A DNA stretch of 64,000 nucleotides from Callorhinchus milii (taxonomy: Eukaryota), in contig NW_024704743.1 in NCBI RefSeq assembly GCF_018977255.1, positions 86,306,001 through 86,370,000 of the forward strand, written 5' to 3'. Shown piece by piece: positions 12,879-24,683 of this stretch. Within the stretch, counting starts at the first letter, position 1. The number at the start of each line of letters is the position of its first letter. The notes beneath the pieces were generated by a model that did no database searches, had not been told where the DNA came from, and worked only from the letters and a program-made list of their open reading frames with translations. Position numbers and translations under genes: made by a program.

Positions 12879-13822
12879 TTTTGAGTTGGGAGCTGAACTC
12901 TTCAATATTGGAATACGCGATATTGATTTTGTGATTCTTTCTGAGTGGGATATACATAAAATGAACATTCATAGAACATTAATTGCTCGTTTCAAATGTT
13001 AATTTAAGCAAACTTTTAAAACCCTTTTCTAAAAAAGGCACTGCTCAGAGTAAAATGCACAGTGTAGAGCAGGAAGGTGCTAGAATTGACCCTTACTATA
13101 TTGAGATGGCAGTAAAGGTGTCCTGGGATTGGGTGAAGAAATTAATTAGCCAGAGTTCCAAATCTTGTTCATCTCTGTCCATGTCTCCTGCTAGAAGGAA
13201 CACGTGTGGACTTCAGAGGCCTGAGATTTTTCATTGTCTTAAAATGTAAGATCTTGCAGAATTTGGGGAAATTCTTTGATTCAATCCAAATTTGAACGTT
13301 GTTTTCCTGCAGTTTTTTTTCATTTTTCCTATCTTTCAAAATTCTGCATGATCTTAAATTTTAGGCAAATGTTTTAACCACCACTTTATAATGGGGTCTG
13401 TCTGCAGTTACTTTATATCTAGAGAGGAATAGACTATCTCGGGACATGGTGGATGCAAATTGTGTCAGCTGATTCAAGAGGGAATTAGATATTGGAGCAT
13501 TGTGGGATAATAATTTTTTGACTTTATCACAACCAGATGGATATCAAAATTCTTTTCCACCCTGTACATCTTGTTTGGACTCAAGTGTGATACTTCCTTC
13601 CCACGGTCAAATTTTCTCCTGACATTGCCTAGAGTCACATGCGAAGAATAGTCAAGAAACAAGATACCAGAGGACAACTAGCAAGCACTTAATAAGACTT
13701 AATAGTGTCAATCTTTAAAGATGGTAGGAAAGATAAAGGGAGAGAAAGAGAAAACTTTAAAAAATGTGAGAACTGGACATTCGTTGAATTTCACCTCTTG
13801 AATTCCAATTATAACTGGAGAC

Positions 13823-14405
13823 AAACAACAACAACAACAACTTGGATTTATATAACGCCCTCCAGACCTGATGGAGTCTCAGAGCGCTTTACAGTAATGG
13901 ATCCTGGGACCAAGCCAGGTGGAGGGGTGGGAAGATGACCAAAGGCGCGGTCGAAAAGAAAGGTCTTCAGCAGAGACCTGAAAACGGGAAGGGAGGGAGC
14001 GAGATGAAGGGAGTGAGTTCCAGAGCCTCAGGGCATAGTGGCTGAAGGCACGGCCGCTGAGAGTGCAGAGGAGCACTCAGGGGACAAGGAGCAGACCAGA
14101 CCCAGAGGAACGAAGGCAACGGGTATGGTTTTAAAGAGAGAGGAGGTCAGAGAGGTAGGGGGGTGCAGAGGAGTGCAGGGACTTGAATACGAGGGTGAGG
14201 ATCTTGAAATCGATCCTCTCTGGGACAGACAGCCAGTGCAGTCTGTCAAGGACTGGGGTAATCGGGGAGCAGAGTTTCGTGTGGGTGAGAATGCGGGCAG
14301 CAGAGTTTTGAATGATTTGGATTTTATGGATGGTAGTGAATGGGAGACCGGCGAGGAGGGCGTTAGAGTAGTCCAGTTGAGAGATGACAAAGGCATGGAC
14401 CAGGG
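13823..14405 (-). mobile_element. L2 LINE 3' fragment
   Basis: ORFs [17 protein letters not shown]...[15 protein letters not shown] and GRAFSHYALRLWNSLP; (CAA)n tail. Confidence 0.95.
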
Positions 14406-14994
14406 TTTCAAACAAGGGCTCAGTTTATGACTAAGGCACAAAGGAAACAGTTGAAGTCTTGGCAAGCATATAGGAGATTATCACTTATTATGGTTCACAT
14501 ACCAAAACTAGCCAGATGGATTTAGGTCACTGCAGAAAAATATTCAGTTCCTGACCATAGTTATCTCAACTTCACCTAGAGACTTTCCAATTTCCAACTC
14601 TGCAAGGATATTTGCCACAACTGATATAAAAGAAACCAACTCAGGACCTCCTCTAGACGCAGTGACACACTTGCCTACAGTAGCCATAATGTTCACAGTC
14701 TGGTCTGGTATGTTAGAAGTGAATTAGCATAATTCTCCTTTACCACACTATGGAAAACAAATGTTGCTTCCTTCATGTCCAAGCTACATTCCCTAACACA
14801 GCACAAGATGCTGTTAACACCAATGTCTCATTTCTGTGCAGCCACACTACAATTAGCATGTAATTTTGAGGTTTTTGTACATTTGGGTGAGTATAAATCA
14901 ATATTTTAATGTTAATGCCTGCAAAACATGCAAATGGGAATGAAAGCAAGCAAATGTTGGTGTTTTGATGGTTTTTGGGGACCAGTAGTTGAAA

Positions 14995-15285
14995 AATAAA
15001 ATAAAAAGGATCCATGCATTTGATATGACGCCTTTCATGTCGGGAGGATATCTCAAAGCATTTCACAAGATATACAGTAAAGTTATCTCAACTTCACCTA
15101 GTAAAGTGTAGTAACTGTGCATTTTTGTAGGCGAACATCGTAGTCAATTTGTGCACTGTGAGATGAGGTACGTTTGATGGATTGTTGTCCAGGACACTGG
15201 GAAAAACTTCTTTCAAATAGTGCCATGGGATCATTAATGTCCACCTGAAGACGCATGATGGATCTCAGTTTAATGTCTCATTTAA
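14995..15285 (-). mobile_element. Old Deu-domain SINE carrying a 16-nt templated insertion
   Basis: L2-type tail at 15010-15070 and Deu motif TTCAAATAGTGCCATGGGATC..TAATGTCCACCTGAA. Confidence 0.75.
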
Positions 15286-15553
15286 AGGATATGTGTGGGA
15301 GAGGGGATTCTATTTACCAGAATGGACTAATTGGGCCAAATGGCCTGTTTCCATGCAATAACATTTTTGTACTTTTGTGTAACATAATTTTTTTTAAATA
15401 TTCTTTCTACCGCAGGTTGCTGCTCTCTCTCTCGCTCTCTTTGCAGACTTGCACTCTCCAGCACTCAGCTTGCCTTTCTCAGCTTGTTGCTTGTCTGTGT
15501 GTCTTTGTCACTCTCACAATTACAACCGCCACATTGCCGCTCACTCTGAAGTG

Positions 15554-15755
15554 AAGTCCTGTAGCATCGTGGTTAACGCACTCACCTCGCAAATGAGAAG
15601 ACTCGGGTTTGTTTCCCGGGTGGGGCAAAACCTTATACAAATGGTAATAACTCCTCAAAAAAAATGTGGTCACTCAATGCAGGACTGTTTGTGGGACATT
15701 GACATGCATAATTGTCTGCCACATTTTTCCCACAAAATACAGTCAATTCACTTCA
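15554..15755 (+). mobile_element. tRNA-Ala SINE, diverged, 3' incomplete
   Basis: AGTCCTGTAGCATCGTGGTTAACGCACTCACCTCGCAA head plus Deu segment. Confidence 0.8.
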
Positions 15756-15974
15756 CAAATAGCACTGAAGTCTGCACTTGTGATCAGCAATAATGGCAAG
15801 TGGTCTGTTGCTAAAATCAAAGATATTGTGGTCAATTTTTGAGCTAACTTTGGATCCAACCACTGTAATTTGAGGTCTTCCTTTGAAATATTGTAATGGA
15901 AAAATGTGATATTTATCATCAATAATAATAATTATTACCAGGAATATAATGTTATGTTGAACATCAGTGTTAGT

Positions 15975-16397
15975 GAATCTTTATAAAACACTGGTTAGGC
16001 CTCAGCTAGAGTACTGTGTTCAGTTCTGGACCCCACACTTTAGGAAGGCATTGGAGAGGGTGTAAAGGAGATTTACCACGATGGTACCAGGTATGAGGGA
16101 TTTCAGTTGTCAGGAGAGGCTAGAGAAGCTAGAAGTATTCTCCTTGAAGCAGAGAAGGTTACAAGGAGACTGAGTAGAAGTTTGAAGGGATTCGATAGGG
16201 TGAATAAGGAGAAACTATTTCCACTGGTAGGTGGGTCGGTAACCTGAGGACACCGATTTAAAACAGTTGTTGAAAGAAACAGAGGGGAGGTGAGGAGACA
16301 TCTTTTCACATAGCAAATTGTTGGGATCTAGAATGCATTGCCTGAAAGGGTGGTAAAAGTCAATTCCATAACAACTTTTAACAGAGAAGTAGATAAT

Positions 16398-16399
<2 letters not shown>
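15975..16399 (+). mobile_element. CR1 LINE ORF2 3' fragment (its 3' end lies inverted at 17087-17221)
   Basis: LYKTLVRPQLEYCVQFW motif at about 15980-16030, followed by CR1 C-terminal sequence. Confidence 0.9.
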
Positions 16400-16469
<70 letters not shown>

Positions 16470-16685
16470 CCTTGCATTTGATATAGCGCTTTTCACGTCG
16501 GGAGGACGTCCCAAAGCGCTTCACAGAATATACTGTGAAGTGAATTGACTGTATATTTGTGGGCGAATATACAGTATATTTGTGGGCGAACGCGGCAGCC
16601 AATTGCGCACAGCAATGCCCACAAACAGTCGTAGATTGAAAATGACCAATTTATTATTGTTTTTGGTTTTTGGTTTTTGGTTTTT
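16400..16685 (-). mobile_element. Young SINE body lacking its head; long (AAT)n tail
   Basis: Matches the young SINE 3' two-thirds and ends abruptly in (TTTTTG)n where the head should follow. Confidence 0.9.
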
Positions 16686-16774
16686 GCAATGCTTGAATCA
16701 GGTAGTATAGATGCATTCAAGAGGAAGCTCAAACAACCAATGATTGCTTTTGATTTTTTTTGTACATATAATTA

Positions 16775-17083
16775 TTATAATAATAATCCTTGCATTTGAT
16801 ATAGTGCTTTTCACATCTTTTAGACGTCTCAAAGCGCTTCACAGAATATACTGTAAAGTGAATTGACTGTATATTTGTGGGCGAAACATGGCAGCCAATT
16901 GCACACAGCAGTGTCCCACAAACAGTCATGGATTGAAGTGACCAATTTCTCTTTTTTTTTTCTTGAGGGATTATTATCAGGTGTGTGGAGTAAGGAAACT
17001 TGCCCAGGGTTTTGCCCTGCTGGGAAACAAACCCAGGTTTCGCATTGGCAAGGCGAGGGCTCTAATCACTGAGCTACATGACT
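16775..17083 (-). mobile_element. tRNA-Ala SINE, older copy
   Basis: Full SINE with a diverged head. Confidence 0.9.
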
Positions 17084-17086
17084 ATT

Positions 17087-17221
17087 ATAGAATCATAGAA
17101 TTATACAGTACAGAAGGAGGCCATTCAACCCAACATGTCTGTGCTGGCTCTTTGAAAAGAGCTATCCAAATCAATCCCACTCTCTCTAGATAGCCCTGCA
17201 AACCTGTCCTCCCAAAATAAT
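17087..17221 (-). mobile_element. CR1 3' UTR and tail
   Basis: Reverse complement ...GGGTTGAATGGCCTCCTTCTGTACTGTATAATTCTATGATTCTAT is a CR1 terminal stem and (ATTCTRTG)-type tail. Confidence 0.85.
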
Positions 17222-17537
17222 GGAGTCCTGTAGCTCAGTGGTTAGAGCACTCGCTTTGCAAGCGAGAGACCTGAGTTCAATTCCAGGCAGGGCAAAACCT
17301 TGGGCAAGTTTCCTTACTCCACACGCCTAATAATAATCCCTCAAGAAAAAAAAAAGAGAAATTGGTCACTTCAATCCATGACTGTTAGTGGGACACTGCT
17401 GTGTGCAATTGGCTGCCATGTTTCGCCCACAAATATACAGTCAATTCACTTTACAGTATATTCTGTGAAGCGCTTTGAGACGTCTAAAAGATGTGAAAAG
17501 CACTATATCAAATGCAAGGATTATTATTATAATAATT
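17222..17537 (+). mobile_element. Chimeric SINE (young head, duplicated older body)
   Basis: Head matches the young subfamily; 17330 onward is the reverse complement of 16686-16977. Confidence 0.9.
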
Positions 17538-17669
17538 ATATGTACAAAAAAAATCAAAAGCAATCACTGGTTGTTTGAGCTTCCTCTTGAATGCATCTAT
17601 ACTACCTGATTCAAGCATTGCTTTGGGCAGCAAATTCCCAAGCCTTGGCTCTTACCAACCTATACCTAA

Positions 17670-17835
17670 TACTTTCTGGAATTAGGTAAGCAAGATGCGT
17701 CCCTCCAGGGAGAGAGTGCACATTCCATTGCAAGAATCTATCTCTGGGATTTCCATGTATAGGTGGGATGCATGGAAATCTCAGTTTGGTTTGGATACTC
17801 TTAAGCATGGCATGTGTCAGACACCTGGCTGACCA
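17670..17835. repeat. Unclassified interspersed repeat with a 17-bp hairpin
   Basis: Similar segments at about 6785-6870 and 27221-27325. Confidence 0.6.
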
Positions 17836-19264
17836 AAAAAAGTCACTACCTTTTACACAAAGTAGTTCTTCCTAAATTATCTTTTAGATCCTCTAGTCAC
17901 TATCTTATACTCATGTCAAGTATTCCTCTCATAAAGAAAGATTCTCAGTCTACCTTATACCTCAAACACTCGTATTATTAAATAAGCTTCATCGATTGTG
18001 TAAGAAATCACATGAAGTACCTCAGCACACAGTATTCAGATTATAGTATCCTTTAATTGTTATATTTAACACAAATACCACTTTGCATCCGAATAAATAA
18101 CTGGTTCCGCCAACATTTCCTACATAAAACAATATTAGAGAAAAGGGGTATTTATTTATCTGGAATATTTCCTGAAGAATTTTCTGAAGAATAAGCTTTT
18201 TTATGCCTTTTTTTAGCTGGAAGCCATTAGCACACAAACGTCAATACCCACTTAATCCTGTAGCATACATCTGAAAATAAAAAGGGTTCAGATAAACTTA
18301 TCAGAATGTACATATGTTCACCATTCCAATCATTCCCTTACATGGTACGTAATACATTGTGTTGAAAGATCTTTGCTCTCAAGAAAGATTAAAGATTAGT
18401 TCCAGGTTCACATGGAATGAAATTGATTATGTCTAATGATAACATGAAAATACTGGAACCCCTTATTCATTACACATATTGGCTTGTATTTCAGTGGACT
18501 GACATTGTTCTATGTACCTAACGATCACTCCAAATATTTTCTTAAATTACCCTAAATTATAACTTCATCAAAGTAAATTGCCAAATTGATGAAAAGTGTC
18601 ATGAGTGGAGTAAAATCCCCACAGCTGAGTGATATTTAACAGGTTTGACGTGGGGCGGATTACTTAAACTGATTAAAATGCTGATAGCGCAAACATCAAC
18701 ATGCTGTTCATATGCTGCTCAGAAACCTCAAAGGAATGCTTCTAACTAACAAAGCGACTGCACACCATCGAGTTTGCTCCAGAGTCATCATTGTTCTGTA
18801 TAGATATTAAGCAGTTTAAATTGTTTAACATTATACTCTCCTGGATTGATCCTTCCATTATCTCAACATCTAAGCAGCTTGATGCTATGATGGGAGGATG
18901 GTAGAGTGGGTGTTCTGGAGGGATAAGACCAGATGGGTCGAAGGACCTTCATCTGAAACAATCTTGTGACCTTGTGATCTTCACTAACATTGTGAAAAAG
19001 AGTAATTGACCATTCAACTCATGGCTGCTTATGGACCTCGCAAGCATAAACGGCTGTGATGTTTGCCAATAGTTATGATACGTGCAATCCTTGGATTTGA
19101 TATTGCACCTCAACATGTTGTTGAAACATCTCAAAGTTTATTGCAAAGTGTAGTAGAGTTTATTGCAAAGTGTAGTAACTGTATATTTGGGGGTAAACAA
19201 GGCAGTCAGTTTAAACATGATAAATATGCCCTAAATAGCCGTGAAGTGACTATCCAGTGTTAAA

Positions 19265-20178
19265 GGAATGCATTATGAGCAATAATTTGATAAACTAGGG
19301 CTGTTCAGTGCTCAACACCCACCAATACCAGCTCAACTGGCTATTAACACTACTCATGGCCCAGGTTTTCCAATCAATTGAAGGTCTGTACCTTCAAACG
19401 AACCCAAGCAATAGATCTTTAGACTTTTAGTCTCAAACAAGAGATCTTGAGATTTTTCGTCTACTGCTTATGAAGCTTAGGAATTTATGAACTTTGATAT
19501 TGTCATTACAGTAATATTGCTATATATGCGAACCTAATATGCCATCAAGCACCAAAAACAGTAGACCTCATATTGTCATCACGTCTGGTGCTATCACAAT
19601 ATCTGACTCGACATAACAATGCAACTAAATATATCCACTGGACAATTTGTAAACACTTTGATATTGATGTAAAGATCAACTATTATGAACATCAATCAAC
19701 AAAAGTGACATCGAAAAATTTAATCACAATAATACAATAATCTGGAACTCACAAGTATGTACAGATAGAGCAGTAATCTATTCCATTATCATAACAAATA
19801 GATTGCACATGTAGTGTTATTGATGTGGCTATTTCAAGTGATTACAAATAAGAAATAAGAACTATAAATAAATAAATCTACAAATTGAATACAGACACAT
19901 AGGGCAGCATAAAGCAAGCATAGTTCCTGTGATCATCAATGCAACTGGGACTGTTATTGAGACTATTCAAAAATGGCTTGAAAAAATACCTGTGAACAAA
20001 ATATCAACCTTCTGTTGAAAGTAGCTATTTTAGGAAGTTCAAGCATACGAACAGAAGTAAACTCCATTCATACTTAATTTGGTAGTATTATTGGTCTGGC
20101 TAAAGTATCACTGAAAGCCACGCCACATAGAAACTACCTATGCAGAGTGATTTAAACTGTAATAACATAATAATAATT
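19265..20178 (+). mobile_element. Decayed R4/Dong-clade non-LTR retrotransposon (zinc knuckle plus restriction-like endonuclease)
   Basis: From 19531: ICHQAPKTVDLILSSRLVLSQYLTRHNNATKYIHWTICKHF...YYEHQ; then, across frameshifts, TIIWNSQVCTDRAV, VIDVAISSD, LQIEYRHI...IVPVIINATGTV, LKVAILGSSSIR; ends in a (TAA)n-like tail. Confidence 0.75.
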
Positions 20179-20270
20179 CTTCCATTTACTACAGATCCTT
20201 TCATTTCACTTTGAGACATCTAGAACACATGATAAGGCGCTATATCAAATGCAAGGATTATTATTACTAT

Positions 20271-20607
20271 TCTTCGAAACTCTCAAAGTGCTTCACAGAA
20301 TATACTGCAAAGTGAAGTAACTGTATATTTTGTGGGCAAAACACGACAGTGAATTGCGCACTACAGTGTCCCACAAACAGTCATGGATTGAGTGACCATA
20401 TTATTATTATTTTTGGAATTATTACCGAAACGGATTATTACCCCACAGAAAGCAATCCGCCAATCGACTAACAACCTGGTTCCTAACTTACTGCTAGGTA
20501 AACAGAACATGTGGAGTAAGGAAACTTGCCTAATATATCATCCTTCCTGGAAATCGAACCCATGTCCTCTCACTTGCGAGCCGAGTGCTCTAACCAATGC
20601 ACTACAC
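20271..20607 (-). mobile_element. tRNA-Ala SINE, intermediate subfamily
   Basis: Contains the reverse complement of the TTACCTAGCAGTAAGT..GGAA and TTAGTCGATTGGCGGA segments and a tRNA head. Confidence 0.85.
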
Positions 20608-21735
20608 AAATTTTACTTCTATTAAGGTGGTGCAAATAATGATTAAGAAAATGATAGAGAAGTCAAGAGAATAGAACACTATTGAATAGAGTGCTCAGCA
20701 GTGGACTTTCCAAACTCATATTCAATGATTTTTTAATTAGACCAAGACTCTTGTTGTGAAACTGTGTTTGTGAGGGAGCCAAACACCATATCCTTATGAA
20801 AGGTATGGTATGATGAAAGATTATTGAACTAACTGTGGAATGCTTATGTGTGATTCCTGTGTGTTTAGATCTGTACTTAGTCACTCACTTCCTAGCTGCT
20901 GGTGGAATATTGCTATGCGCATATTGGCTGCCACTTTTGCTTACAAAATTCACAAGTCAGTCACTACATTTGATGCCATTTACTTTTAGCTATTTTAACA
21001 TGGGAGCGAGCTGTGTTGCATTTTTTTTCACAACTGAACCATTTTGCAAAAGACAATAGATGAAAGGTCACCTACCCACATGTATAAATGGAGATTGATT
21101 TGAAAAGAGAATCAGATGAAAGAATTGGGAAGAAAGAATTGTGAAGAAGAAAAAAATAAATTGAAACTTGGAGTCGCAAACCATATTCCAGCTTCTAAAG
21201 AAGGAAGATCAATACTACAATTTAAACAACAGTCAACATCCAAATAATAACTGAATACGTTTGGGTGGTCGAACTGGGAAAAGTACAACAATACTTGGAT
21301 ACCTTTTGATGGACATTAAAACGGTCTTTAAATGAACATTTCTCCTCTATCTATTCCGCAGCATTTGGTTTGATCAACGTAAATTGTTGTGAACTGTATA
21401 TGGATATGTAAGCATTATTGTGATGTATTCTTTTAATTACTTATAACCATTATTAATCTGAATTAATAAACCTTGATTAATTGTACAACAATTGTGTCAG
21501 TCCTTACTTCACCTCAGGGTCACAAATTTAGCCAACCCTTACGAAGGAGGAGCCATACCGAGAGAGTGATAGAAAGTGAGACAGAGAACGAGAAATACAG
21601 AGAGAACAAATCCCCAAAAGAATCAGTGAGAAAAAAGGCAGCACAATTTGATGTTATTACAATCATATAGATTATTCTAAATTATAATATTTTAAAATGT
21701 TAACAACATTTTATCACTGTTATTATGGTGATTTT

Positions 21736-22133
21736 AGTCCATCCTGTAGCTTATTGGTCAGTACTCACCTCGCAAGTGAGAGGATCTGGGTTCGATTCCG
21801 GGGCAGGGCCAAAGGTTAGACAAGTTTCCTTACTCCACACACCTCTGTTTACCTAGCAGTAAGTAGGAATCCGGATGTTAGTCAATTGGCAGAACGCTTT
21901 TCCGGGGGTAATAATCCCTTTAAAAAATACAATAAAACAAACCAAAAAAAAATAGTAATGATTTGCTCACTCAATCCACAACTGAGGGACATGGCTGTGC
22001 CCAATTGGCTGCTGCATTTCACCCACAAAATATATATTCAATTCACTTAACAGTATATTCTGTAAAGCAGTTTGAAGCATCTCGAAGATGTGATAAGGCA
22101 CTATATGAAATGCAAAGATTATTATTATTATAT
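21736..22133 (+). mobile_element. tRNA-Ala SINE, intermediate subfamily
   Basis: B box GGTTCGATTCC, long central domain, Deu part, L2 tail. Confidence 0.9.
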
Positions 22134-23338
22134 TATATTCTAATACTGGAGAATTTGACTTACAATTGAAGGTGTCTTATTAGATAAACAGTACTGCACC
22201 AACTAGTCTGTGTCAGTGTTAATAATCCACATGAGCCTCTATTCATCCTAATCCCCCTTCTGTACCCTCTATTCCCTTGTCCCTCATGAATGCATTTTTG
22301 GAACAATATTTTACTTGGCTCTAAGAGCAAACAATTGGAGGAGACAGAACAATTACGTAATTTTTGAGAGTTCAAACACGCACAAAGCCTTCTCATTCCT
22401 AGAGTTTGTACACACCTCAGATTCATATATTCATGTGTACAACAAGAAGACGAACAATTTTACATTGATATAGCAGATTTCATGTCAGGTGGATGTCCTG
22501 AGATGCTGTAGAATCATAAAGATCTAGTGAAACAGAGTGGATGAAATTTGTGAGATTTAACAGATTCAATACGATAAACACATGGGATTTATTATTGAAA
22601 AAATGCAATTCCAGTAGATAATCATTGGCCAATAAATACATTTTTATTAACTTTGAGGCACCATCTGAAGTTGCTTTTATCTGATACTGAGTGACTTAAG
22701 CCTGTGATCGAAGCCAAAGCCTAAACCTCTCTGAGCTCTGATCATATGTGATGTTCGAAATATCACATATGATAATCATTACAAGTACATAAAATGGGGC
22801 TGTTTTATGTCCTTAACAGCAGGTCACAACACAGTTTGTCCAACACCCTAAGTTATGGAGAAAATATTTCTAAGCCCAGCCCTTTCAGAACTGAGTCGGT
22901 GCCACACAATCTTCAAATAGTCATTTGTTTTCTAAATCTTATATCTGCCAATAAAGTCTAAGCTTTCAACAAGCATATTCATGGTCATATTGTTCCGAGT
23001 GCATTGGATGATTCATTAGGTTGAATCAATAGTTTTAATCCGCCGATTGTTAATTCATTAACGATTTATAATAATAATTTATGAAGCTTGTGTCTATGTA
23101 TTGCATTAAGTCTCCTTAAGAAAAAATACAGGGATCATAAGCACGAAAATAAAAGCATGTGGGCTGACTGGTTTTGTTATGATGTCAATTCACAGACTTG
23201 GGAAGTTGAACACAAACTGCAATTTTGCAGGACTAATGCTATGAAGTATTTGCTGGAATGGGTCCAGAATTATTTTTTCTTAGATGCCAGAAGTCAGTTT
23301 TGATCATTAGAGACAAATATGGTAGACAATGAATATAA

Positions 23339-23569
23339 GACCTGAAATTCCATCCAGCCTTAGCCTGTACGACCATCTTGTCTTACAATTAAAATTGTAC
23401 AATTCCTAACTTTAGCTTTAACTTTGAAAATTGTTTTCTGTGGCTCTTAAAAAGAATTATGCAAATTATGCAAATTATAACTGAATTTAAGAGTTTCCCA
23501 CATACACATGCAATTAAAAAATGTAAGACAAAATGCCTTTACATGCTAAGAATAGACAGAATTTCAGCC
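23339..23569. mobile_element. Palindromic MITE-like element, family A
   Basis: Imperfect TIRs of about 55 bp: CTGAAATTCCATCCAGCCTTAGCCTGTACGACCATCTTGTCTTACA versus reverse complement CTGAAATTCTGTCTATTCTTAGCATGTAAAGGCATTTTGTCTTACA. Confidence 0.75.
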
Positions 23570-23576
23570 ATACAGT

Positions 23577-23860
23577 TATAATAATTAATAATCTTTGCAT
23601 TTGATATAATGCCATATAACATTGTTGAGATGTCTCAAAGTGCCTCACAGAATATACTGTAAATTTGATTGTGTATTTTGTTGGCGAAACATGGTAGCCA
23701 GTTTACGCACAACAATGTCTCACAAGCAACCATAAAGTGAATGCCCAATTTTATTTGGGGATTGTTCCTTCTCTTTTCGAAGAATGCCGTGGATCTTTCA
23801 TATCCACCTAAACAGGTAGATCGGACCTTGGTTTATTGTCTCACCCAAAGGATGGCCTCT
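23577..23860 (-). mobile_element. Old Deu-domain SINE
   Basis: Diverged tail and Deu motifs. Confidence 0.75.
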
Positions 23861-24683
23861 CCGACTATGAAACACAACATAATAACAATATACAACACAA
23901 CACATAGCAATATCACAATAATTATTATGATTGGTATTGTCTTACTGCTGAAATTCCATCTACCCAGTCTATAAGGCCATTTTGTCTTTTAAAATTGCAG
24001 ATATAAATTCTTAAATTTAGTATTAATTTGAATAAATTTCATTGTTATTTTTAAGAACCATAGAAAACAATCTTCAAAGTTAAAGCTAAATTTAGGAATT
24101 TTCTACAATGTTGTACAAGCTTAAATTGTAACCCGGCACTACATTGGAATGTTATCTTAGAATATGATTCCAAGTCCCGACATGGGGCTTGAACCCACAA
24201 GCTTCTGACTCAGAGGCATGAGTGCTATCACTGCCTCAGGCTGACACTTATCAGTTGTTGAGAAGCCCATAAAGAAAGAACACCAGGAAGAATGTTCCTG
24301 ACTCCTGCATTCAGTGTGCTTAGAAATGAGAAGATAAATGGAAATCTATAGCAAGTGAAGACTAGAAGGATTTGGAATAAAATATTACTATGTAAAATAT
24401 TACTGTGTATTTTATTTAATTTTCTCTGTTTTGGATGTGTCTGTTACCAATTCTCTCCCTTCTTGCTGGTGTTTACTTTTGGCTTGGTACAGTTACACAG
24501 ATGTAATCTGCTGCCCAAACCTTGCCAAGGTAGCCATTCTGTGTAACCTCAGACACTTTGCGCTGTTCATAAACCAGAAACCAGGCTGCTAATTGTGTCT
24601 TCAAATTTGAAATTAAAATTGCTCACAAATGTGTTGAAAGCATCATGATCCCGAATGCTGCAATGCTTTTGTGTTCAGCATCC

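Noticed and set aside
17222..17295. tRNA-Ala(TGC)-like cloverleaf (also at 3483, 29081 and 61190-61264)
   Set aside because: It continues directly into a SINE body, recurs in many copies, and has imperfect acceptor and T stems, so it is a SINE head rather than a tRNA gene.
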